Of a stretch of 64,000 nucleotides of DNA, positions 12,325-25,079 are shown piece after piece. The stretch comes from Schizochytrium sp. TIO01 (Eukaryota; Protista; Bigyra: Labyrinthulomycetes). The first letter of the stretch is position 1. Each line of letters starts with the position of its first letter. A program made the translations under genes and the position numbers. The stretch covers positions 2,790,001 to 2,854,000 of the forward strand of contig SMSO01000032.1 of NCBI GenBank assembly GCA_004764695.1. The letters are read 5' to 3'. Under the pieces are notes generated by a model. The model ran no database searches and was not told where the DNA came from. It was given only the letters and a program-made list of their open reading frames with translations.

Positions 12325-12720
12325 TCAAGTACCTACATACTGTAGAGGAGGTAAAGGATGAGTACACTGCGGTTTCAAGGCAGATAATGGTTGGATTACC
12401 TGTACCAAGAATGGAATCTGGGAAGCAGTGACCTTTTTCTTTATTATCAACGAGGCCAAAGACACGGCCCGTAATTTGCACCAACCAAAGCACACCTTGG
12501 TTGACCCAGAGAATTGTCCCAGCTCTCTTAATGAAGCCACTGAAGGCGCTATATATTTGCTAGGCACGCAGGACTCCACCCACCCATTAATCCGCGTTGA
12601 TCTGATATGTTTTAAATATAATATGTATGTTAATGTTACTTGGTTTTTACATTTTATCGAGCAATTGGGAGTAGAAGCTCGTCGTGGTTGTTCAAATAGT
12701 GCACCAGGCACTACATTCCC
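12325..12720 (-). pseudogene. Kinase relic (VIb-IX)
   Basis: RRASTPNCSI...QVTLTY (VIb-VII), CVPSKYIAPSV (VIII), VCFGW...VTASQIPF (IX). Confidence 0.55.
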
Positions 12721-12783
12721 CTATCCGTGGAAAGCTTGTGAGGACTGAAGCTTTCTGCCCCGAGTAGCTGCTTTTTTATTTGT

Positions 12784-14230
12784 CTAACTTTATTCGTAAA
12801 TAATTGAAAATTATCGTGAGTCCACCCACTCTTAAGCGAGACGCTCATGCGAGCAATCACCAAACGAATGTTACCAATTACGTAACCTTTTGTGTTATAG
12901 ATACGATCTACGGAGACATAGAACGGGTGCTTCGTTTGGAAAACGAGTGGAGGTTAGTGAAGTAGCATTTCCCACCTTAGTTCTCAAGCATCTCCAAGAT
13001 AAGAGCTGGTGTGATCTCGCAGTTTTCGTGAACTTCTCCTCTCCGATGAGAATTAGTAGTCCGTTGGCGATTGCGAATCTGGCACTTGCAAGAATATATA
13101 CAGTAGGTGTGAGTGAGAGACCTTCTTGTAAGACCCCCGTTTATCCCATGGATAATTTACGGGCTGAACAAAGAGCATCCGTAAGGTAAGCTTACGGTTC
13201 CAATTGAAGACGCCACCGATGTTCAGAACCTGATAGATTGCCACAACAAGCCCTACAGCACAGTAGCCCTTATCACGATTGAGTCGCTCCATGCTAGGGA
13301 TATATGGGCCATCTCTCGCTATCATCATGTTAAAACAACATCGGTAGTCTTGATTTTCAATGACTTTGGCCAGGTTGCTGAGAATGCAGTCTCGATTGGT
13401 CCTAGAGGCCTTGGTTGTTTTACCCAACCTAAAACTAGCCTCATCACTGCTGTAATTGCTTTCAGTTTCTTCTGTGGAAACAACAGAAGAAGAACAAGAA
13501 GAATCGCATGATAAGTTGTCACTAAGACGACTTCTCAGTTCAATGTACGCTGCGCCGTACAAGTGACAGTGGATTGCCTCCCCCTGCTTTGGCAGCAACG
13601 CATGCATTGCATTTCTTCTTGACACCAGTTTTGTGACTAATTAATTCTAAAATGATAGATATAAAGATGCTGCTGACGGGCAGTGCGCAGAAGATACGCG
13701 AATCAAGCCCCATCATTGCAAGCAATTGAATGCTGTTTGTGTTTCCACTTTTCAGGAGTCGCGTGAGGCAAGAGCTAATTGCAAAGACATCAAAGCCCTT
13801 AGAAAAGTTTCCATTACGTGACCCTTTGCGTAGTCTTGCTTTCAGCTCTGCACTGAAGACGAATGCTGAACGTGTTTTCTTGCGTTTTTAATACTTACAG
13901 TGGGTGCAAGTTGAACATTTTGTAAGAAATCCTGTACCTTAGTTCATTGCGTTTTTTACGGTACAGTGGATGATAAATGTTGCGGTACTTTCCCGTGCGT
14001 ACGATCTTGAAGATACGATCCTAGTCTTCTTTCTCAGGCACATATAGTTCTTCATGGGCAGTGGTTTTCATTTGTAGTATGACGCCAATGCAGAAATTAG
14101 TTTGGGGGGGCACGATTGGTAAGCGTTTAGTAGAGGAGGATGTGGAGTGCTTTGTTTGCACTGGCCTAATGGGTTTTCTACTACACCTCAAAGCAAACAA
14201 CTTTACAAACAATATTCGAACTTGATTTTG
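12784..14230 (-). pseudogene. Frameshifted virus/phage-type endonuclease-like gene with CxxC ribbons and two tandem Q-x-x-[RK]-C ... S-x-[DE]-R-x4-K-G-Y domains
   Basis: CxxC motifs KCSTC (~13910) and KCNAC (~13610). Domain 1: LAKVIENQDYRCC...PSMERLNRDKGY...VLN...W. Domain 2: CEITPALILEMLEN*GGKCYFTNL, a 1-nt frameshift, then FQTKHPFYVSVDRIYNTKGYVIGNIRLV...GWT. Stop at 12784-12786. The 5' limit is approximate. Confidence 0.7.
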
Positions 14231-14403
14231 AGTTTTGGTGCAGTGTTTTATTTTATTGTATTTTCAATCTAGAGCCAATGAGAGCCGCACTGCCCTAAAA
14301 GCAGAACCGTACAGGCCCCACAAAACCATGCCATACGCACACTTACTCTTAGAATTATGGTCAGTTAAGCGAGTTACTATCCTCTAAACGGTAGGCGCAT
14401 CGC

Positions 14404-14668
14404 CCCCATCTTCATCTTCATCTTCATCTTCATCTTCATCTTCATCTTCATCTTCATCTTCATCTTCATCTCCATCTCCATCTTCATCTTCGTCTTCATC
14501 TTAATTTTCATCTTCATCTTCATCTTCATCTTATCTTTATCTTCATCTTATTTTTATTCTTATCTTTATCCTTAACTTTATCCTTAACTTCGTTTATCCT
14601 TAACTTCGCATTCGCATTCGCATTCGCATTCGCATTCGCATTCGCATTCGCATTCGCATTCGCATTCG
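14404..14668. repeat. (CATCTT)n hexamer array grading into (TTCGCA)n
   Basis: Direct reading; degenerate in the middle. Confidence 0.9.
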
Positions 14669-14699
14669 CGCTTTCGTAATGGAAGCTTCTGTGTCATGA

Positions 14700-15520
14700 T
14701 GGAAAATCCTGTTTCTCTTTTTTTAGAACTTTTAGTCCGTCTTCAATTTGCTAGAGAAAGTTCTCTATCTCATCGAAGCGGCAGCCATTGCCGAAACGTA
14801 CGCACTCAACATCTGATTACTATGCTACTATTCATTCACGACCCATATAATACTCTGGACTGCATGTCTTTAAACTCAGTTTTGGTTCTGCGTGCAGAAG
14901 ATGTTTGCTTCTAGTGTCAACAAGTATATAAGCGGAGTTAAATGAGATCCTTTGCATTATAATACACGTTTTAGGTCAGTGGTTGGTTTTGGTCATGGCC
15001 TCCAGTCAAATGGTTGAATTTTCTCGCATGCAATTGCTTACATGAAAGACAATTTGGCCAGCTAAAGGGTAGGGAATTTCGGTTGCCCAAGTTTTAAGCT
15101 GGATGGAATTCAGGGAGAGCATGTATTGGTACAATGCATCATGTTATACCTGCCGCAAACGTAAACACGCTATGAAACGCAACACACCCTAGAATATCTC
15201 TGAATGGCGCATCCAACCAGTTTGATTCAATTTTTGTTGTTACAAAGCAAGCTCACTTTAATGCATCTCGAGAAATGATCTCTTATCACTAGGCTGCATC
15301 AACAAAGATAGGACCCATTCATTTGGAGAGCGAAGACATTGATCCCTCGATTGCCAACATGGTGAAGGTGGAACAAGAACCTCATGAGCAGGCTTGAAAT
15401 TTGCCAAAGGGGAGACTCACCGGCAGAGACAAAATTTGCAAGTAGGATCAAACGTGACACGCAATTGCAGAGCTTTAGACTGAAAGAAGATCTAGTGGTT
15501 TCGAGATCTACAGAACCATG
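14700..15520 (+). pseudogene. Kinase relic (III-XI), catalytic loop apparently deleted
   Basis: EAAAIAETYALNI*LL (III-IV), TLDCMSLNSV (V), AIAYMK...RVGNFGC (VIa, VII), IGTMHHVIP (VIII), ERRSSGFEI (XI). Confidence 0.5.
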
Positions 15521-15599
15521 AAAGGAAATAGAGCTTCCCCGTCCCTTACAAGCTTCGATTACCTTTTAGAATCCAATTATCCTATAACTAGCCTAGCAT

Positions 15600-15950
15600 A
15601 GCGAATTCTCACCGCACGTGATGAATGAATGTCACAATCCAAAGAGAGTTGGTAAGTTCCTGCAACAGGGCTCCGCCAATCTAAGAACCTTCGCTGTGTC
15701 TGAAAAGAAGGCCAGAGTTTCATCATAGGTACCTATGTACGAGTACCTACTAGCATTGTAATGCCAGGTACCAATCACTCACTCACTCCTATGATAGATA
15801 GGGCGATCTGCGCAACGCAAATCAGAAAGTGAAACCCTTAGTAAGAGGTGTAACCGTCGGCACGTAAGGCAATGCACGCACGCGACCAGAAAAGCGAGCA
15901 AAAGCACGGTCTATCGCTCGGGCCGACTTACCTTGCTTTGGCTTTTCTGC
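15600..15950 (-). pseudogene. Kinase N-lobe relic
   Basis: IDRAFARFSGRVRA (I-like), then FFSDTAKVLRL...RNLPTLFG (III-IV-like). Confidence 0.35.
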
Positions 15951-16249
15951 TGGTGCGTCGGAATCTGAAAATGGAGCTGGCGTGTCTGGAATCAGCGAAT
16001 CGAAGTCCAAATTGAGGCCATTCCAAGATACCATTTCTTATCTGGTAAACTATTCCATGCGAAATACAGAATCATACTACTTTAACTCTTATTTACCTAT
16101 AAATCTTCATAATTGGAGAAAAGAATTATATATATTTTTCAATAAAAATTAAATAAAATTATTACAACATAAAATTTCAACGTCTGAGGGACTGAATTGG
16201 AAATTCCACTAGAAGTAGTTACTGATCTGGTAGTATACCGGGTTTTTGC

Positions 16250-17080
16250 AGAGCAAGCTGGGCAGAGTAACAGAAAGATGTAACCCTCAAGCAGCTGTCG
16301 AGAAGCGGTTCTGGAGCGGGTGCGTCTTGAGCACGTCGTGCTGTAGGAGGCATTGGGTGCGATCATACTCGCAAAAATCCACAGCTGAAGCGACGATCCA
16401 CGCGTCACAGAGCAGGAATCATCATTGATGTTGCTGCTGCTGCTGCTGATTTTGACGTGCTAATTTTAGATTTTAAGGAAAAGGATAATATTGTTGTTAA
16501 TACTTTGAGATGAGCAGATTACTACGACCTACCAGAAGATTGTAATCGCGAACAGGTCCCTATAACTTTCGATCGAGGGTAGAACTCGCTCAGGAGTCAT
16601 CGGTTGGCACACGCAGAAGACCTCAATATGCCTTGGCCAGCCTGCCGGGAGCGTCTAAGCTGCAGCAAAAGACACAAGACCTCGGCCAGCAGCATGGGAA
16701 AAACTGGTTCTAAGTACTAGGCGCTACAGAGTTGAGTCTTTTCTTCTTATTATTTGTAATGTCAAACTTAATTTTGTTAATTAAAAAAAAATTAAAAATA
16801 TATATATATCATATAAAGTAATCTCTTTTCTGTTTTCAGACGATAACAGCGATGACGAATAACTGTGCAACATCATTCATTCCGGCATCTGAATCTAAGC
16901 GCTGATTCCACCAAAGGATGCTGTCACGGTGGATCTTGGCAAAGCTATGCCGCACTCAGGGAGCTGAGACTGACTGCTGCTCGAGATCGCCTGAACGAAG
17001 GAAACTCAAACGACGATTCCAACAACTCCTGTTATCTGATCATGGTGAAGTCCTATACGGCCTCATAACCTAAATGGTAG
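16250..17080 (+). pseudogene. Kinase relic, TKL-like (I-IX)
   Basis: EKRFWSGCV (I), VELAQESSV (V), MPWPACRERL (LxWxxRL), NIIHSGI* at 16869-16892 and VTVDLGKA at 16923-16946 in one frame (IIHRDIK, DFG), YTAS*PKW (end of IX). Confidence 0.6.
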
Positions 17081-17151
17081 CACTCGTAACTCTAAACCGC
17101 AGAAATGATGCTTGAAAATGAACCAAATAAGACTAAAGCAAAAAATCATAG

Positions 17152-20100
17152 TATCAAATCGAGGAGGACTTTTTTGAAGAGGTTTTGAAAAAGGAGTCGA
17201 AGGAGCTCGAGATCGCGGAGACCGCAAAGACTGGACGCCGTGCAGGACGGACGCGGCACCAAAGAGGTATCAGGCGTCGCTGGCAGGCTCTGCTTGACGG
17301 GCGGGGCGGGTCAAACGGTGCGATGATGCCCTCGGCGGGTGAGATCGGTGCAGATGGGAATGATGAGGATGGGCTGCTGGCGGTCTCGATCTTGGCGTCG
17401 CTGCTGCCGCCACCAAGCCAATTTGCGCTCATGCACGATGTTCCAGGCGCAGTGAGGTCTGTACTGGCTGCCCAAAGACAGGGACAAAGTGCTGGGCCCG
17501 GAGTCTCTACCGCTCCTTGTCGAAGGGTTCGCAGCGCTGAAGGAATTCCTACTTGATCTCAGCCCTGAAGATGTGGAGCGCCGCGAACACGAGAACCCGC
17601 TCGAGGCACTCGTACTGCTGTTGCAGGACATAGAGGTTCGCAGCGAGGTGCGGGATATTATATCTGTCGAAGAGCTCGTTGAGTTCCTTGGTCTCACTAC
17701 GCGCAGCGACTTGGTCCTTGAAAATCCTGGCGAAAAGGGCGAGGGCGGGAAAAAGGCCAAGTTAGCGCAATCTGCAATTCGAGACAAAGAAAAACGAAGG
17801 CGCACGTCAAACGCCACTGAAAGAGGGATCCCAGGGTTTTCAGAGAGCGCTGTTAACTTTGGCGTCGATGTACATTCGAAGAAAGGTGGAAATGGATCTG
17901 GTTCGCTGCGGCGACGATGACAATAACGATCGCAAAAAAGCAAACGCCATGGAGGACGACGAGGATGATTATGGTTATGACAATGAAGATGATGAAGACT
18001 ACAAAAAAGTAGAGAAAGATACTCCTCAGAAGCCTCGACGCGATAGTGTTAATGTAGAGAGGATTACTGGGACTGAGGAATCCCTGAATGGAAAAAAGAC
18101 ATCAGTTAGCCTAGGACAAGTCATGAGTCCAGGACCTAGATCCCCAGCAAAGCAGGAGGTAGAAACAATGTCGATGGGGGGAACACCAAAGCAACAAAGA
18201 CAGTCTCTAAGCTTCTTGGCATCGCCGCCTATGACACCAGGGTCAAGACACAGGCTGTCATTTGCGCCTGCAGAGGGAGACATCCAACCTATTTGGGTAG
18301 CAACACAGATCTTCAAAGCTATTCGATGCCTGCTCTCTACGAGGCCGTGTGCAGAACGAGATCTTGAGCTTGAAAGAATCATGAAGAGGTACATTCGGGC
18401 AATGCCCTTGCCAATGATTCGGGAGTTCACTATCGGACAGCTCGAGCAGTTCTGCAGAAATTTGTCATCCCTCGACAACCGCGCGGGACTCCGCCAGTGC
18501 GCAGCCCTCGTATTCATTAAAAGCCCTGTGCTGCAGCGACGACTTGACAGTGTTGATCTCATTCTTGACATGGATGTATCGCCCCAATGGCTTACTTCAT
18601 ATCGTATTCTGGACAGTTTGTTAGAGAAGACACCCGTTCATCCTGAACTTTGTCGCCGAGCTGAGCCCATTGTGAGGCATCTTGCTAAAGAAAATCTTAT
18701 ATCCGACTCAACACTGAAACTTATATGGAGTGTTAATTTGCATCTTCTTTGCGTGGCTGCGCAAGAAGTTCCTGACATGACAAAGCTCGATAACATTATC
18801 AAGATGGTTACTGATAACAGCTCACGAACTTTGGAGATTGTTAAGCTTGTCCGTACAATTGCAGTGCGAACAGATCTAAATCTCAGCCTTGCTGAATCAT
18901 GTATACTTCGTTTATGGGATCTCCGCGATGCAGAAGGCGTCGCCACGGCCCTTCTTTCAAGCATGCAGAACGAGGATGGTCTGCTTGATGTTGCTATCGA
19001 CCTTTGTATGAAAACGTTGGACCAAGACGCTTCCTTTTTTGCGCATCAAGTTCTGGACCTTCTTTGGCGTCATATTCCAGCCTTGGGCGACATACTTGAC
19101 TCTGACTGGGCACTTGAAGACCGCTGGTTTGATGCTGTCTCAGTTTGCCTCAATGCCCTGGATCAAATGAGTTCGGAACCTGAGCTACAGAATGCACTTG
19201 ATCTCGGTACCCAGCTCCTCCTTCATGAAAGCTCTACAGAGAACCCACAAGAAATTCAAGCTGCTCTCATGCTTCGTATTTGGGATGTCTTTATGCCGCA
19301 TCTTGGTGAAGATTCAAATGTTCGTGCTAGTGTTACAGAAACCTACTTCACATGGCTTTCCAACCTCTGTGAAACCAAAATTCTCTACCCAGAGGCCGCA
19401 CATGTGCTCTTTGTAGAACGCGCAATTCCATTTGTGCAAGCTGCACAGGATGAAATGGTTAAATTTGTCTTTGGTCCAGCTTGCTTCAGTTTTATCCGGA
19501 GCATTTTTGTTCTTGACAACCACGAACGCCTCGTGAATATGAAGGATAACAACACCTCTGCATCCGCTGCGCCGGGTATGAGCCTTACCTCTGCCGATTA
19601 TGACGGCTTAGAGGATCCCCTTGCATATGTTGTTCCGACTTGTGATCCTGGTGAGCTTGAGGGTGTTCACCTTTTATGGCAAATGGCAGTTCATACGTGG
19701 AGCGACCCTGTGGCAGAAAGTGCTGTCAGTGCTTTGCAGGCTCTTTACGATCCTTCCCTGGACCCAGAAAACAAGAATGCTCTTCGAGTCCGCCGTGACT
19801 ACGTTGCTAAATGCACCACTCTCCTCGAGAACCTTCCTGAGGACGCAACCGATGCAATGCAGCGCTGTCTTGGCTTTGTCGAAGCTCTTCTAAATGAAGC
19901 AGACCAGCATGGAACCCGAGGTTTTCGCTCTCATGGAGCCCGGCAGCGAGGTCAAATTCACAATCTTGTTCTCATCGCAGACCACGAAGGCGACTTCAAT
20001 GGATACAACATTATGGAAGAACCAGTCTACGAGGTTACTCTGTACAGTAATGCAACAGTGTGGGATATCCGCTGTGCTGTAGCTTCGCGTTTGCAAAATC

Positions 20101-23100
20101 CTATTCCAGCGGCCAAGATTGCGTTGACATGGCCTTCTGGCGGCGATGTGGTCCAGCTGGGACCTGAAGAAAACTCCACAACTCTTGCAGATCTTGGATT
20201 TCACAAAGCGGAGAACCTAAAGTTTCAATTCCAAGATGACGAAGCAATGCTGCAGCGCACGCCGCGAGTACGCTTGCTTGATGAAAATTCTAACGAGCTA
20301 ACACCGCTAGCACGAAGCGCTTTTGAGGGTATATTTGAAGATTGGGCAAGCGATCAGATTCGTAATTTGCTTAATTTGGAGGATTTTACGCAGCTTTTCA
20401 CCTTTTGCACAGGCGCAACAAATCACAATGCCATTGAAAGGAGGTGTGCTTCTGCAATGCGCGAGTATGCTTCGGTTTACCTTCCACTTGTGTCAGATGA
20501 AGATGAGTCACCAGCATCTCTTGCAGCAGCGAAAACTGCAAATGACATAAAGCAACTCGGAAGTCAATCCTCCATCTTAGAATCTCTACCTCCTGGTACT
20601 GTAGTGATGACTGGAACATCTGGTGAGGACGAGTTTTATGAGCCATTTTTGACAGTTGAAGACTTTCTACGTTTCTACAAGGACGCTTCACAGTCACGCC
20701 CCTTAAGTGTATGGAAAGATTTGCTTAAACTTGGATATGATACTAAATTGCAGCGGAGTGAAGCAGAACGACCAGGTGGCCGTCTCACTAGCGAATTTCG
20801 GCTGTCGTGGTTCGATCAAATGGATGAAGAAGATGATGATGATAACAGCGTAGCACCTGAATCCCGGCCAGAGGTGGGCTGGCGACCTATTCTTGCTCAC
20901 GAAGCACCCCTATACCGTGTTCTCTTTCGTATGCTCAAATGCCCAGCCAAAACTGTAAGTAGGACTGCGTGGTCTATTCTCCTCCGTCTACCTACATCGG
21001 ATTCAGTTTTGGCAGCTCTACAAAATATCGAGGCCGCAAAACTACCCTCATTCTTATCCATCAATGAAGCTGGTGTACGTTTTGTGCAGTATGCCCTGCA
21101 TGTAATAGTATCTTTTATGGAAGCTGATGAATCCCGCGAAATCATTGGCGCTGCGGGTGGAACACGAACTGGAAGGGGTAGTGTTGAGCAACATTTTGAG
21201 CGAGCTCGGCGCGCTTCTTTCGAGCCAAAACGCTCTGACCAACTTAACGACAACTCCAAAAACCAACCACTTGCATCGTCTTCGTCGCCTTCTGAGGCAC
21301 CCCCGTCGGGAGAGCAGTGGACCAATGTATTCTTGCAACACAGAGGTCTCATTTTTCTTCAAGACCTTGTACAGAATGCCCTCGAGCAAGTTGCCGCAGA
21401 AGGCGGTTCATCCCTTGATGCAACACCCATGGGCCAGGTCCTCGAGCTTTCGCTGAAGGCTATCAAACTCTCACTTATATGCACAAAATTTGGATCCGTA
21501 GCAGTCCTCTCGAGCATGGAATTTGGTGAGCAAATGGCACTTGTCGAGCGCTCACGTTGTGTAATCAATGCGATCCTTGGTGCACAAATCCAGTCCATGC
21601 TCTCAGCAGAATACGCTCTTTTCATCTGGGACTTTTATTTTTCTTGGCTCAGCAAGCAACCTTCTCATATTTCCAGCCCTCGCATTGCAGAAGCTCAATG
21701 CGTAGAGTTACAGGCTGCTCACAAGTGGAAGGACATCTCCTTGAACGAAGTCTCTTTCACGAGGCAAGTGTGGCATGGTGAGCTTGTGCAGTCCCTGCAC
21801 CGCATGGGCACAAGGTTCCCAGTTATGAGAGATAGGTATATTGAAATACTTTGCAGAATCCAAGTACAGGATGGATTACGTGGTTGGCTGCAAGAGCTAG
21901 CAGCGAAGCTCCTTACTATCAAGCCACCAAATAAGTACATGCCTAGCAGTAGTGAGTTTGATATGCGGTTTGTCAATAGTCTTGTGAAGAGTATTTGTGC
22001 AGGAATGCTCAATCTGTGTACACTTTTGGCAGAAATTGTTAGAGAGGACTACAAGTCCATCGACGCATTATCTCGCGCAGAGTTCACGGTTCAAGAGTTG
22101 GTGATTCAGCTCGCTCATCGACTCACGTCGGCAAAGGGGGGTGAACACCGTGGGCCGATTCTCGAATTACTTGCTGCGCTTAGTGAGTGCGATGAATCCG
22201 TTGCAAGCCTCGTTGGTGAAACGCTGCTCCTGCCCCTGCTGCGATCGAAGGATCCAACAATGACGAAAAAGACAAATCGTCGTCAATCACTCGAGCGTCG
22301 CAACTATAGGGTTGGTCTCGTGAATTTGCATAATACTTGCTATATGAACTGCTTTTTACAGCAGCTTGCACTGATGGCACCTGTTCGGGATCTTGTATTT
22401 GCAGCATCTGGAGACGCAGATGAGTCAACGTGGTTAGGCTCTCTTCAGCTTGTCTTGGCCTACTTGCTGAGATCTGAACGTAAAGCATTCTCCCCTGTTC
22501 AACTTGTGAACGCTTTAAATATCAATCCACGCGAGCAGCAGGATTGCGAGGAGTTCATGAACCGTCTTTTCGAGCTTTTGGAGGACGCGACGAACAATAC
22601 GGAACGTTGGGATAGCGCGTTCGGTGGGAAAATGCAAGTCAAACGGACGTGCCAAGCTTGTAAGTCAAACAACACTGTGGTCGAGTCTGTAGGCACTCAC
22701 ATTGCAGTTGACGTGGAGGGGAGCAACTCTGTAGGTGAGTCTATGACGCGTTCTGTTTTCTATGAAGAGACTCTCGAAGGGTTTCGGTGTGAGAATTGCG
22801 GAGAAGTTGGCCATGTTTCCCAGCAAAAGGCCTGGGACACGGTTCCGCAGACTCTTATTTTGCACCTCAAAAGATTTCGCTTTGATTTAGGACTGGGCGT
22901 GAAAGAAAAGCTGAACAATACTTTTTACTTCGATGAGGAGCTTTATGGCCGCGAACTTGTAGGAATTATCTGTCATCAAGGCGCTGCAGAAGGTGGTCAC
23001 TATTATTCTTATATTCGATCACGACCCGACGAAGAAGCTGATGCGGCCTGGTATGAATTGAATGATGTCAATGTGCGAACATTAGATGGTTTTCCTTCTG

Positions 23101-25079
23101 AAGCGTTTCAATCTGCATATATACTGTGCTACATGGATAAGTCTTATTTGACTGCTCCCCCGCCGATGATTCCTAGAGCTATTCAGTCAAAGATTGATCG
23201 TGATAACCTTTCGTTGGAAAGTAGCTGCACAGTAAAACACCCCCAGTTCTGGCAACTTTGTGATGTTGTCATGGATCAACTCTGGAAAATTTCATCCTCT
23301 ACTGTTTTGAATACATCTCCTGAGCCAGTAGAAGCGGGGTTTTCCACTTTGACAATATCCAGTCCTAGGATGCAAGAAATCCGTGCACCCTCGGAAAGCT
23401 TTGAGTCAGTGTCTGTTGCAAGTCGTTCTCCGGATCGGATCAAGGACTACTTTTCTGATCGTTCAAGCCCTCAATCAATCACAACTCCGGAGCAGAGGGC
23501 TCGGCGGAGGAGCAGCGCATCATCCGATAGCCCTCTTGTTCCCTCATGGTGGCCTCAGTCAGCTCGGGCCACGACATTGACACCAAAGCAACCGCATCGC
23601 AAGATCTTGCTGAGTTCGCCTGCATCCTCGGCCTCAGCATCGCCAGCTACACCTGAGAGGCGGACTCTTCCACTTGCTCGGAACTCAATGACAGAGACCC
23701 TCGCACTCTCACTTCTCCGAATGTTATCTATCGAGAGTATCTTTAAGGTTGACCGAAGCGTTATGGTGGACTTGCACGATGCAATCCTTGGTCTTTGTGC
23801 CAAGCGTCAAGACTTTATGGTGCAAGTTGCACAGACTCTCATGACACTCTGTGCGTCGTACCCTCTTGTTGCAATGTCTTTCTCCTTTACAGAGCGATTT
23901 TTGCAACAGGCATTTGACCATGATGTAGTTTATCTCGTTCATAGTATTCTCCTTCGATCTGAGAGCTTCCTAGAAGCTTTAGTAGCATCATATGAGAAAG
24001 GAGATATGGGTTCAAGAAAGAGCGTATGTAGATGTTTTATGCTCTTGATTCGGGCCACTGCCGTAGACGTTAGTGCTCCTATGTATTCATCTGCGTGCGA
24101 GGCGTTTGATTGGGTGCTTTCCAGCGATCCCGGGTTTGCTCGCGTTTTCTTACGCACATGCGAAGGTCTTGTTACAAGCGTAGAGGAGTTCGCTTGTCTT
24201 TCACGTGACTTCAGCTCGTTGTCTTCAACATGTGCAGATGTTACCACGGCTGCTCTTCTTGAAGGGTTAGATCGCGATGAAGACGATTTGATCAAAACTG
24301 CGTTACGTGTTAGCTTGGCTCTGAATGACCAGTATTGCAAGTCTCGAATGACAGCTTTACTTGCTGCACGGAACGCTCCGAACTGGAGTCAACATCTGCA
24401 GAAAATTCTAGCATTGCTAGAGTCTCAAGTTGGTCAGGATATGCGCTTGCACTGTTTGGGCAGTCCTGCGGGTCTCCTTTTCTGCTGTACGAACACTGGT
24501 CCAGAGATTATGAAAGTTCAGCTTTGGTTTCCACTGTCGTCATCACATCAAATATATCGCTTGGCGGATCCTGACACAGCTCTAGCAATCGAAATCCCAC
24601 CAAGTGAGACACGGCTTGTATATTATGCTGAACGCCTCCTTACCTCCTCGGCACCTATATCCGGAGAGGCTGTTTCTCCTAGTCGGTCTGGTTTAGTGCG
24701 ATGTGAATTCGAGTGGGACTCCCAACCTGTGCAAAGACCTGTTGCTCAACCTAAGCAGCTTCTACTGTCACAGCTACACCAAGCACGTAAAAGTGCTACA
24801 ACATCGCCCTCAGCGAGGGGATTTGACGACCAAGAGAATTGCTTGCGCGTCAATGTCGATGATGAAGATGAGGACGTCGACGATGGTCATTGCGTGAACA
24901 AGATGTCCCCAGGGCCATCATTTGATGATGACGCCCAATTAATTGCACAAATGCAGACATTAGCGTCCATGGGGTTTGGGGATCAGACAGCTGTCCGAGC
25001 TGCCCTCAAGGCCGCGCGAGGAAATGAGCAGGTTGCTATTGAATTTCTTCTTGCGTCTTCATCTCCGACGACATTTTAG
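17152..25079 (+). CDS. Large ubiquitin-specific protease (USP24/USP34-like) with C-terminal UBA domain
   Basis: 2406-aa ORF 17859..25079 with Cys box GLVNLHNTCYMNCFLQQL, QQDCEEF, CxxC pairs, His box HQGAAEGGHYYSYIR, WYELND and C-terminal LASMGFG...AIEFL UBA. Protein-like ORFs 17185.. and 17489.. extend it upstream in shifted frames, so the true start is uncertain. Confidence 0.9.

Noticed and set aside
11760-12460. Plus-strand P-loop NTPase (GPPKNGTK, FFIINEA)
   Set aside because: Motifs are non-canonical and far apart; part of the region is better explained by a minus-strand kinase relic.
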